A DNA stretch of 64,000 nt, taken from Thermoplasmata archaeon (lineage in GTDB: Archaea > Thermoplasmatota > Thermoplasmata > Lutacidiplasmatales > UBA184). A program made the translations under genes and the position numbers. Shown here piece by piece: positions 37,075 through 45,328 of the stretch (positions are counted from its first letter, which is position 1; each line of letters opens with the position of its first letter). Below the pieces are notes generated by a model. It ran no database searches. It was not told the DNA's origin and saw nothing but the letters and a program-made list of their open reading frames with translations. The stretch spans positions 8,952 to 72,951 of the forward strand of contig DAHUXZ010000006.1 in NCBI GenBank assembly GCA_027315455.1. Reading direction: 5' to 3'.

Positions 37075-37860
37075 ATGGAGGTCCCTGCGTCGCTCCGCGA
37101 GGTGACGGAGGTCGCGGAGGTGGACGGGCTCGCCCTCGCCCCGCTCTCCGAGTGGTTCGGGGAGCTCCTCCCGCACTTCATCGGCGAAACGCTGCGCTGC
37201 GGCGGCGAGGTGGCGCTGGCCGTCCAAGCGGACCACCCGGTGGGCCTCTATCTCTTTAGCCCGGGCGAAGAGATCGCGTCCGTCTTCTCCCGCTCGCCCG
37301 CGGTCGCCGAGATGCTCCTTCGCCACCGGCCGGCCCCCTCGACCTTCGCCGAGTTCGCCCTCGCGCCCGGCGCCGACCCGTATACGGTCTTCCTCGCCGA
37401 GCCGGACCGACGGCGGCCCGACGGGACGCTGCGGCACCCGGTGCGCCGCGCGCGCCCCCGGGACGGGCCCGCGATCGTCGGCCTCAACCGGGTCGTGCAC
37501 GGACGGGCGGACGAGCGCTGGTTCGCCGTTCCCCGACCGGCCTCGGAGCAGTACTTCGTGGTCGAGCTCAACGGCGAGCTCGCCGGCGCGGGCGGCTCGA
37601 CCCTCATCGGCACGACCGGTCGCCTCCACTCGCTCGCGGTCCACCCCCGCTTCCGCCGGCTCGGGGTCGGCACGGACCTCGTCCTCGCCCGCCTGATGTT
37701 CCTGGCCGCCGCGGGAGCGCGCCGCGTCTACTCGGAGATCGCCCAGCGGAACGCGCCGTCGCGGGCGATCGCCGAACGCGCGGGGATGCGCGCCGTCGGG
37801 ACCCTTTTCTGCCACGACCGGCCCCGGGCACCGGCGGGGTCTCCGCCGAGACCTCCCTAG
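37075..37860 (+). CDS. GNAT-family N-acetyltransferase
   Basis: C-terminal LAVHPRFRRLGVGTDLV motif A. Start at internal ATG. The stop codon lies inside the IS1182 left terminal repeat. Confidence 0.55.
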   Translation: MEVPASLREVTEVAEVDGLALAPLSEWFGELLPHFIGETLRCGGEVALAVQADHPVGLYLFSPGEEIASVFSRSPAVAEMLLRHRPAPSTFAEFALAPGADPYTVFLAEPDRRRPDGTLRHPVRRARPRDGPAIVGLNRVVHGRADERWFAVPRPASEQYFVVELNGELAGAGGSTLIGTTGRLHSLAVHPRFRRLGVGTDLVLARLMFLAAAGARRVYSEIAQRNAPSRAIAERAGMRAVGTLFCHDRPRAPAGSPPRPP

Positions 37861-39323
37861 GAGCGCGTAGCGCTATTCGTCTCGCGCACTGATTCGGTTC
37901 GAACGGTGGTACTATAGCCGGGCTCGTCTATCGAGGAGGTATGGCCTCCTCGAAGGGACCGTCATTCCGCAAGTACGATCCGAGTCAGACCGTCCTGCTT
38001 CCGACCAACCTCGACGAGTGGCTCCCCGAGGATCACCTCGCCCGCATCGTGGCCGAGGTGGTCGACCACCCCGACCTCGAGCCGCTCCTCGCCACCTACC
38101 GGAACGCCGAGGGAGGATTCCCGGCCTTCGATCCCCGACTCCAGCTCAAGGTCCTCCTCTATGGTTACTCCGTCGGCGTGGTGAGCTCTCGACGCCTCGA
38201 GAAGGCCACGTTCGAGGACCTCGCCGTCCGGTGGCTCGCCACCGACCAGCACCCGCACTTCACCACGCTCGCCCGGTTCCGCCATCGGAACCTTCCGCTC
38301 ATGGACGGGCTCTTCCACCAAGTGTTGGTGCAGTGCCGGGAGGCGGGCCTCGTGAAGCTCGGTCGGGTAGCACTCGACGGGACGAAGATCAAGGCCAATG
38401 CTTCGAAGCACCGCTCGAAGAGCTACGCCCGGCTTCGAGAGGAAGAGGACGAGCTGCGACGGCTATCGAAGGAGATTCTCCGAGAGGCCGAGAAGGCCGA
38501 CGAGGAGGAGGACCGGCTCTATGGAAAGGACCAGAACCCCCTCCTCCACCCAGCGCCCCCGGATTGGAAGGAGCGGCTGAAGAAGGCCCGTGAGGCGCGC
38601 AAAGCGCTCGAGGAGCGGGAGAGGAAGAAGGGTAAGGAGGCGCCGGAGACCACGGCGCAGTGCAACTTCACCGACCCCGACTCACGAATCGTTCAGGACA
38701 GCGGGAACAAGCGGGCGTTCATCCAAGGATACAACGCCCAAGCGGCGGTGGACGCGAAGAGCCAGGTGATCGTGATGGCGGCGATCACTCAAGAGAACCC
38801 GGACCAACAGCACTTGCTCCCGATGGTCGAGGCCTTGGAGAGGGAACTCGGAGAGCTCCCCGCGAAGCTCCTCTCCGATGCGGGGTACTTCAGCGAGACA
38901 CAGATCCGCGCCGTGGAGGCGAAGGGCGTGACGGTGTACTGCCCTCCGGACTCCTGGCACCTAACAAAAGGGAATCCGTGCCCCCGGGGGCGTCCTCCGA
39001 AGGACGAGGGGTTCAAGCAGTTCTTCCGTCGGAGGGTCCGGAGCTGGCGAGGGCGACAGGAGTACCGCTGGCGGAAGGTCAGCGTGGAACCGGTGTTTGG
39101 GCAGATCAAGCAGGGGAGAGGGTTGCGGCAGTTCCTCCTTCGAGGGAAAGCGAAGGTCGGAGCCGAGTGGAAGCTCTGGTGTCTGACCCACAATATCCGG
39201 AAACTACACGTGGCAAGCCTCGGCTGAAGGCCCGAGGGAGCGGATCGCAAGGGTCCCGAGTTCCACCGAACGAAGGAACGCCGAACGTCCCGCCCCGATC
39301 GGGGTAGAGCTACGCGCTCCTAG
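37857..39323 (+). mobile_element. IS1182-family insertion sequence (~1.47 kb) with ~19-bp imperfect terminal inverted repeats
   Basis: Left end CTAGGAGCGCGTAGC (37857-37871) matches the reverse complement of the right end GCTACGCGCTCCTAG (39309-39323). Single transposase ORF inside. GC ~58% versus ~70% flanking. Confidence 0.8.
37941..39227 (+). CDS. IS1182-family transposase (DDE)
   Basis: N-terminal YDPSQTVLLPTNLDEWLPEDHLARIV and a K/E/R-rich middle region typical of IS1182 transposases. Confidence 0.85.
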   Translation: MASSKGPSFRKYDPSQTVLLPTNLDEWLPEDHLARIVAEVVDHPDLEPLLATYRNAEGGFPAFDPRLQLKVLLYGYSVGVVSSRRLEKATFEDLAVRWLATDQHPHFTTLARFRHRNLPLMDGLFHQVLVQCREAGLVKLGRVALDGTKIKANASKHRSKSYARLREEEDELRRLSKEILREAEKADEEEDRLYGKDQNPLLHPAPPDWKERLKKAREARKALEERERKKGKEAPETTAQCNFTDPDSRIVQDSGNKRAFIQGYNAQAAVDAKSQVIVMAAITQENPDQQHLLPMVEALERELGELPAKLLSDAGYFSETQIRAVEAKGVTVYCPPDSWHLTKGNPCPRGRPPKDEGFKQFFRRRVRSWRGRQEYRWRKVSVEPVFGQIKQGRGLRQFLLRGKAKVGAEWKLWCLTHNIRKLHVASLG

Positions 39324-39329
39324 TGCACG

Positions 39330-39690
39330 CAGATACTCTCCTCAATTTCAGAAGCGACGTAGATCTTCTCCTCGGCCCTCCACCGGCTTGGGTCAAGACC
39401 CTAAAGGGGAAGGGGCGAGCAGCTGCCACAGGGCTAATCCCCGAGATGCGTGAGCGTGGACCCGATGGGAGGTGATTGTCAGGCCTTCGACCGTAAAGAA
39501 TGAGTTCTCGGCCCCTCCCTTCATTGTGGATTCGAATCGAGCGGTGGTTCGTGAGGATTCGCCTGACCTCCAATGAAAGCGGACCGAGGCTCGCAACCCG
39601 GCGTGGGCCTTAGCTCGCGTTCCACCTCCGGCGCAGGATTCACCCTTAGGTTCCTATCCAGGGCGGACCGGTCTGGAGACCCGGTCGAAT
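39330..39690 (+). ncRNA. candidate structured non-coding RNA (possibly SRP/7S RNA-like)
   Basis: ~370 bp with no credible ORF and lower GC. Contains GGGGAAGGGGCGAGCAGCUGCC, which resembles the SRP RNA helix-8 GGAA-tetraloop/AGCAGC region. Confidence 0.2.
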
Positions 39691-39700
39691 GCATGCTAGG

Positions 39701-40573
39701 TCATCGGGTTCGAACAGTCGGGGCCAGAATCTCCCCGCGACTGAGCCGCTGATCCACCTTTCCGAGGGCGAGCCAGAGCCCGTAGAGCAGCGAGACCGGG
39801 GATGGTGGACATCCCGGCACATACACCTCCACGGGGAGTACGCGATCCACCCCCCCTTCGATCTCCGGGGAACTCCGGAACGGTCCTCCGGAGATGCCGC
39901 ACGCCCCCACGGCAATCACGAAGGACGGGCCGGGCAAAGCCCGATAGGTCTTCTCGAGGGCAAGGCGCATGTTCCGAGTCACCGGACCCGTTACCAGCAG
40001 CGCATCGGCGTGACGGGGGGATGCGACGAGGTGGACTCCGAGACGCTCCATGTCGTAGCGTGGCCAAACCAGGGCAGCCACTTCGACCTCGCATCCGTTG
40101 CAGCTCCCGGCGTCTACGGCGCGGATCGCGAGCGATGTGCCGTAGAGCCGTTGGATGCGGTCCCGCACCTCCTCGGCCATCCGAGCCGAAGCCGCGGGCG
40201 GGGCGTCGGGACCGTGCCGGAGGAGTAGGTCCGACCGGCGCCGGACCGCCGTCTCCTCGAACCGGACCGACGTCATCGCTCCCGACGGGCAGGCGTCCAC
40301 GCAGAGCCCGCAGAATAGACACTTCCCGTAGTCGAGCCGGACCGTGATCGTTCCGGGGGCTTGGTCCACCGCGATTGCCCCCGTGGGACAGGCGCGAGCG
40401 CACGCCCCGGTCCTTTCGCATTCGGCGGCGTGGTGAACGGGGGTCCGGGGGGGGCCGTCCCACTCATCGAGCGGGCCGAGCGGATACCGGATCGTGCCCA
40501 TTGCGGGAAGGAGCGGCTCCGGGGCGGGGACCCTGGGGGGCGCCAGTGCGGGGTCGACCGGCGTCTCCGTCAC
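39701..40573 (-). CDS. fusion of a 2x[4Fe-4S] ferredoxin (NuoI/HyfH-like) and a NuoB/hydrogenase small-subunit-like protein
   Basis: N-terminus CERTGACARACP and CLFCGLCVDACP. C-terminal part has AVGACGISGG, SCNGCE and VPGCPP motifs of NuoB/HycG. Confidence 0.75.
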   Translation of the reverse strand: MTETPVDPALAPPRVPAPEPLLPAMGTIRYPLGPLDEWDGPPRTPVHHAAECERTGACARACPTGAIAVDQAPGTITVRLDYGKCLFCGLCVDACPSGAMTSVRFEETAVRRRSDLLLRHGPDAPPAASARMAEEVRDRIQRLYGTSLAIRAVDAGSCNGCEVEVAALVWPRYDMERLGVHLVASPRHADALLVTGPVTRNMRLALEKTYRALPGPSFVIAVGACGISGGPFRSSPEIEGGVDRVLPVEVYVPGCPPSPVSLLYGLWLALGKVDQRLSRGEILAPTVRTR

Positions 40574-42228
40574 CGATCATACCCTGAATAGGAGAGATTG
40601 AGGCTCTTGTTGCACAGCGGGAAGTCTGGGACGATGTTCCCCCTAACCGCGAGCTCGATTGCCGGCCAGTTCAGGAACGACGGGTCCCGCACGTGCACCC
40701 GTTCGAGTTTCGCCCCCGGCCCCAGAGTGACGTGAACGAGGTACTCGCCCCGCGGGGATTCCACCCAGCCGAGACCGGACCGGCCTTCGGTCCCAGGCTG
40801 TGCGGGAACGTCACCTGGGACCGAAACACCTTGTCGAACGCTCGAGAGGAATCTCTGAGCCAGCCGACAAGATTCGACGATCTCCTCGATCTTGACCACC
40901 AACCGGGCTTGCACGTCCCCGTCGATCCCTCGGGGAACCCGCACCTCGTTCCCGAGGTAGGCACCGTACGGTCGGTCGTGCCGCAGATCGATGCGTAACC
41001 CGGAGGCCCGGGCCGTAGGACCGACGAAATGCATCAGCTCCGCAATCCACCGAGGGATGGTCCCAGTGCCCTGCAGACGGTCCACCACCGACGACTTGCC
41101 GAGCAGCTCCTCCCGCAGGGCGACGATTCCGTCGCGGAGTCGCTCGTAGGTGCCCCCCAGCTCGGGGGTCGCGCTCACCCGGACCGGCCGTCGCAGGCCG
41201 CCGACCCCGACGACGCCTCGGCCCAATCGGGACCCGGTGAGGGCCTGGAGTGTCTGATACGCGGACTCCCGGAGCCGGTTCGCATGAGCGGCCCCAACGG
41301 GGTAGCCGACGTCCAAGGCGATGCCGGCTACATCCCCGCAAAGGAACGCCATCCGTTCTGTCTCCATCAACAGACCACGGAGGATCTCGTCGTCAGGCGG
41401 GACGGGAAGTTCGAGGGCCCGCTCCACGGCGTGGGCGTACGCCACTGACCCAGCGATGGACATGTCGCCGGAAACCGACTCCGCCCATATCGTCCCGAGG
41501 TCGCTCGGCTTTCCTTCGAACAGCCGCTCCGTCCCTTTGTGGTTGTAGCCTAGGCGGACCTCCAGGTCCAGGATATTTTCCCCGACGACCTGGAACCGGA
41601 AGTGTCCGGGTTCGATCACCCCGGCGTGGACAGGGCCGACGGGGACCTCGTAGACGCCTTCGCCCTCCACCATGGAGAACGGGTACTCGACCCGCTGACC
41701 GTCGGGGGCGGAGTCGGGGCCCTTGAGGAGCGGCGGGGCGGGATGTCCTTCGTGCAGCAGCAGCGGTCGTCGGTCCTCCAATCCGTCGAACACGACGCCG
41801 AACATCTCCGCGACCTCCCGTTCAAAGGGTGCAGCGTACGGCAACGTCGTCGAGAGCGTCGGTAGCGTCGGTCGGTCCGGATCGATTGCACAGACGAAGT
41901 GGACGCCCCCGGAGGGCAGGGTCCCGAGGAACAACGCGTGAATCCGGATCTTCCCGAGGTAGCTCCGGGCATCCTCGCCGAAGAGCGTCGAGAGCGGGTG
42001 ATGCAACGAGTCCAGGGCGAGGGCGGCCGCGGCGTTCCACCGCTCCGGCGGCACTGGCACCCGCCAGAGCTCCTCGGAGGGGTCCCACGCGACCGAGGTG
42101 GTCCCGAGCTCTAGGAGCATGCGTCGCTCCTCGGCGGGGGTAGGTCGGCTCGGGAAGTCGCTGACCAGGGCCACCGACGGGGCCGGCTCTCTAGGGACCT
42201 CCTCCCCCTCCTTCGGAAGTCGGATCAT
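40570..42228 (-). CDS. NuoC-NuoD fusion (complex I 30-kDa plus 49-kDa / hydrogenase large-subunit-like) lacking [NiFe] cysteines
   Basis: NuoD-like RLGYNHKGTERLFEG where hydrogenases have RxCGxC. C-terminus ends ...NLSYSGYDR rather than DPCxxC. Start ATG overlaps the upstream stop. Confidence 0.8.
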   Translation of the reverse strand: MIRLPKEGEEVPREPAPSVALVSDFPSRPTPAEERRMLLELGTTSVAWDPSEELWRVPVPPERWNAAAALALDSLHHPLSTLFGEDARSYLGKIRIHALFLGTLPSGGVHFVCAIDPDRPTLPTLSTTLPYAAPFEREVAEMFGVVFDGLEDRRPLLLHEGHPAPPLLKGPDSAPDGQRVEYPFSMVEGEGVYEVPVGPVHAGVIEPGHFRFQVVGENILDLEVRLGYNHKGTERLFEGKPSDLGTIWAESVSGDMSIAGSVAYAHAVERALELPVPPDDEILRGLLMETERMAFLCGDVAGIALDVGYPVGAAHANRLRESAYQTLQALTGSRLGRGVVGVGGLRRPVRVSATPELGGTYERLRDGIVALREELLGKSSVVDRLQGTGTIPRWIAELMHFVGPTARASGLRIDLRHDRPYGAYLGNEVRVPRGIDGDVQARLVVKIEEIVESCRLAQRFLSSVRQGVSVPGDVPAQPGTEGRSGLGWVESPRGEYLVHVTLGPGAKLERVHVRDPSFLNWPAIELAVRGNIVPDFPLCNKSLNLSYSGYDR

Positions 42229-43700
42229 CCGTTCACCACCTGGACCGCCCCGTGCAGGAGCTGGGAGAGGGGGTCCGGGAGGAGGAGGCCGAGGGCGAGG
42301 GCGACGGCCAGCACGACTCCGAGCCCGAGGGAGGCGCAAACGACGGCTCGGGTCTCCGGGGCGTATGGGTGGCCGGGGGGGCCGAGGAGCATGCGGGTCA
42401 AGTGCCAAGAGAGCGCCCCGAACGCCAATACGAGGGCAATCAGCATGAGGCCAGCCGCGACGCCGTTGCCCTGCGAGAATCCCGCGGAAAGGATCAGGAG
42501 CTCGCTGGAGAACATCGAGAACGGGGGCACGCCGGCAAGGGCCAGCCCGCCGAGCAGCAGGAGCGCGCCGGTCCCTGGGGCGGCCACCAGGGCGCCCTGA
42601 ATCTCCTGCAGGTCCTTGGTCCGGGCAGCGAGGGCGAGGTTTCCGCTCACCAGGAACAGGGCGGTCTTGGTCGCCGCATGGTTCAAGAGGTGGTAGAGCG
42701 CGCCGAAGAGTCCGATCGCGCCCCCGAAGGCGAGACCGAGAGCGATGATGCCCATGTTCTCCACAGAGGAGTAGGCGAGCAGTCGCTTCAGGTCCCGCTG
42801 AACAAAGAGGAACAGCGCCGCGAGGAAGACCGAGAGGAGGCCGAAGATCAAGAAGAACCGCTGGGTCCAGAGAAAGCCCGGGATCCTCAGGGTGATCGCG
42901 TAGATCCGGATGAGAGCGTACATGGCGCAGTTGAGAAGCGCACCGGAGAGGAGCGCGGAAACCGGCGTCGGCGCCTCCGAGTGGGCATCCGGGAGCCAGG
43001 TGTGGAGCGGCGCGAGGCCGGCCTTCGTCCCGTACCCAACGAAGAGGAAGACGAGGGCGAGGCGCACTAGGCCCGGGTCCAGCTGGGATCCCGACGACAC
43101 CAGGGTCGTCCAATTCAGCTCGGAGTTTCCCGCGCCGAGGACGTGAACGGAAGCGACGTAGAGCAGGAGCGTTCCGAAGAGGGCGAAGACGAGTCCGACG
43201 CTGCAGAGGATGAGGTATTTCCAGGACGCCTCCTGGGCCCGTCGGGTCTGGTAGTAGCCGACCAGCAATGCCGAGGCCAGGGTCGTCCCCTCCAATCCGA
43301 TCCAGAGCACCCCGAGGTTGTTCGCTTCGGCAACGAGGTACATCGTGAACAGGAACAGGAAGACGAGCTGGTAGTACCGGCGCAACCTTGGCAGCGGCGC
43401 TTCATGCGGACTGCCCGACCGACCGAGGTAGTCGACGGAGTACAGGAGCGAGGCGAGCCCGACGACAGCGACGATGAGGAGGAGTAGCCCTGACAGGTCG
43501 TCCACATAGAGCAACCCCCCGTACGAGGAGAGGGCCCCGAGAGTGAGGAGCGCCTGCAGCAGGAAGGCCACCACCAGGCCGAGGGCCAGAGCCACCGCGA
43601 TGGCGACTGCGTTTGCCTGGTCTCGGGTGCGGGCGAAAGCGACGGCGCCAGCCCCCGCGAGCGGCACGATGAGGACGAGGAGGATCCAGGGGATCGGCAC
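42225..43700 (-). CDS. NuoN/NuoM-HyfF-like proton-pumping antiporter subunit
   Basis: 14-TM Mrp-antiporter-like protein with GTKAGLAPLHTWLPDAH motif. Confidence 0.75.
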   Translation of the reverse strand: MPIPWILLVLIVPLAGAGAVAFARTRDQANAVAIAVALALGLVVAFLLQALLTLGALSSYGGLLYVDDLSGLLLLIVAVVGLASLLYSVDYLGRSGSPHEAPLPRLRRYYQLVFLFLFTMYLVAEANNLGVLWIGLEGTTLASALLVGYYQTRRAQEASWKYLILCSVGLVFALFGTLLLYVASVHVLGAGNSELNWTTLVSSGSQLDPGLVRLALVFLFVGYGTKAGLAPLHTWLPDAHSEAPTPVSALLSGALLNCAMYALIRIYAITLRIPGFLWTQRFFLIFGLLSVFLAALFLFVQRDLKRLLAYSSVENMGIIALGLAFGGAIGLFGALYHLLNHAATKTALFLVSGNLALAARTKDLQEIQGALVAAPGTGALLLLGGLALAGVPPFSMFSSELLILSAGFSQGNGVAAGLMLIALVLAFGALSWHLTRMLLGPPGHPYAPETRAVVCASLGLGVVLAVALALGLLLPDPLSQLLHGAVQVVNG

Positions 43701-43709
43701 GGCGGGGGC

Positions 43710-44366
43710 TCACCCCTCCAAGGCCCGCAGGGCATCGGCGTCGACGTGGTCGAACGACTCCTTCATCCTCTCGAGGAAGATCCTGGCCACGATCGCAAGG
43801 ACGAGGAGGTTCGCCGCGAGGCCGAGCTCGACGAAGAGCCCTAGGCCGTACGTGAGGGCGATCCCGGCGAGGAAGATCCCGTTGTTCATCACCAAAAGGC
43901 CGACGACCTGGGTAATCGCCTTGCGTCGGGTGATCAGGAGAAAGAACCCGATCAATAGCACGGCCACGGAGATCGGCAACAGCCCGGCCGAAGGGACTTC
44001 CGCAAAGGGTGTGATCCCCCCGACGACCCAGACCGAGACGAGGAGGATTGCGAGCCCTGCCAACGCGCTCGCTCGGACGGAGGCGTACATGTTGACCATC
44101 CGGGAGACGCCGAGGTTCCGGACGACGCGACGCAGCAGCCATGGCAGCACGATCGCGTTGACGACAATCGTGAGTCCGGCGAGAACGTAGATGTCCGGTG
44201 CCTGGTACTGATACGCTACCAGGCCAGCGGTGATGCCGAGGGCGCCGGACTGGATCGCGTAGGTGTCGACGAGGGCCTCGATCCGCCGGTGGATGAGGGA
44301 GATCCACGCGGTAACCAGCACGATGGCGGCGGAGATGTCGAGGGCCTGGACCGCCAGCACGATCAT
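43710..44366 (-). CDS. HyfE-like small membrane subunit
   Basis: 218-aa polytopic membrane protein positioned as in hyf operons. Start overlaps the upstream stop. Confidence 0.55.
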   Translation of the reverse strand: MIVLAVQALDISAAIVLVTAWISLIHRRIEALVDTYAIQSGALGITAGLVAYQYQAPDIYVLAGLTIVVNAIVLPWLLRRVVRNLGVSRMVNMYASVRASALAGLAILLVSVWVVGGITPFAEVPSAGLLPISVAVLLIGFFLLITRRKAITQVVGLLVMNNGIFLAGIALTYGLGLFVELGLAANLLVLAIVARIFLERMKESFDHVDADALRALEG

Positions 44367-45328
44367 GCGCCCCCGCCGACGACGTACGTGAGGGCGAGGG
44401 ATCCGAAGGCGAAGACGACGGCCAGAGTCGTCAGGTCCGCGACGCGGAAGAGTCGCCACTTGGCGACCCCGGCCTCGAGCCGGCTGACGAGCACGTGTGC
44501 CCCGAGGAGCTTGATCACGACGATCCCAACGGCGAGCGAAACGAGGGCAAGGGTCCACGACGTGCTGATGCCCCACGGCGCGGCGAGGGCGATCAAGAGC
44601 CCGATCATGATCGCAAGCTTGAACCCCCGACCCCACTCGAGGAGGGCGAGGTCGCGGCCCGAGTACTCCAGCACCATCGCTTCGTGCACCATGGTGAGCT
44701 CGAGGTGGGTAGCCGAGTTGTCGATAGGGAGCCGGCCGGTCTCCACGAGCAACAACAGCACATAGGCGACGATGGCCAGCAGCAGCGGTGGGCTGGCGTA
44801 CGCGATCCCGAGAGAGACGCCCCGGGCCGCGATGGCCCCGGCCTGCGTCGAGCCGGCAGGGCTGCCGAAGGCGAAGATGACTAGGAGGAACACTGGCTCG
44901 GCGAGAGCTCCCATCCACATTTCTCGGGTCGATCCCATGCCGCCGAAGGTGCTCCCGGCGTCCGTGGCCGCGAGAGCAGTGATGAACCGGGAGAGCGCGA
45001 GGAGCCCGACCAGCACGATCAGATCGCCAAAGGTCCCAAGCGGCGACGGCAGGACGAACCAGGGGATCAGGGGAACGGTGGCGAGGAGCGCCGCGAAGGA
45101 GATCGCCGGCGCGTAACGGGTGACCCACGAGGCGGATTTCGAGTACACCGCATCCTTGCCGATCAGTTTCCAGAGATCCCGATACGGCTGCAGGAGAGGC
45201 GGACCGACGCGCCCCTGGGTACGGGCCTTGACCCGGCCAAGCACCGCGAGGAGGAGCGGTGAGAGACCAAGGACGAGGAGGTACTCCCCGACGAACGCGA
45301 CCAGTTGGGCGGGCACCGACGCGGTCAC
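44363..45328 (-). CDS. NuoH/HyfC-HycD-like membrane subunit
   Basis: 8-TM NuoH-family pattern (GRVKARTQGRVGPPLLQPYRDLWKL). Confidence 0.75.
   Translation of the reverse strand: MTASVPAQLVAFVGEYLLVLGLSPLLLAVLGRVKARTQGRVGPPLLQPYRDLWKLIGKDAVYSKSASWVTRYAPAISFAALLATVPLIPWFVLPSPLGTFGDLIVLVGLLALSRFITALAATDAGSTFGGMGSTREMWMGALAEPVFLLVIFAFGSPAGSTQAGAIAARGVSLGIAYASPPLLLAIVAYVLLLLVETGRLPIDNSATHLELTMVHEAMVLEYSGRDLALLEWGRGFKLAIMIGLLIALAAPWGISTSWTLALVSLAVGIVVIKLLGAHVLVSRLEAGVAKWRLFRVADLTTLAVVFAFGSLALTYVVGGGA

Noticed and set aside
37885-39720. GGTTCGAAC-type strings (37885-37900 and 39690-39705) that look like tRNA T-loops
   Set aside because: No complementary T-stem, acceptor stem or D-arm could be built around either. 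The first lies inside the IS1182 5' UTR. No tRNA gene called.
42238-43113. N-terminal 290 codons of the 40570..43113 ORF upstream of the NuoCD Met
   Set aside because: Overlaps the NuoN-like gene in another frame and is Pro/Arg-rich. The true start is the ATG at 42228 that overlaps the upstream stop.
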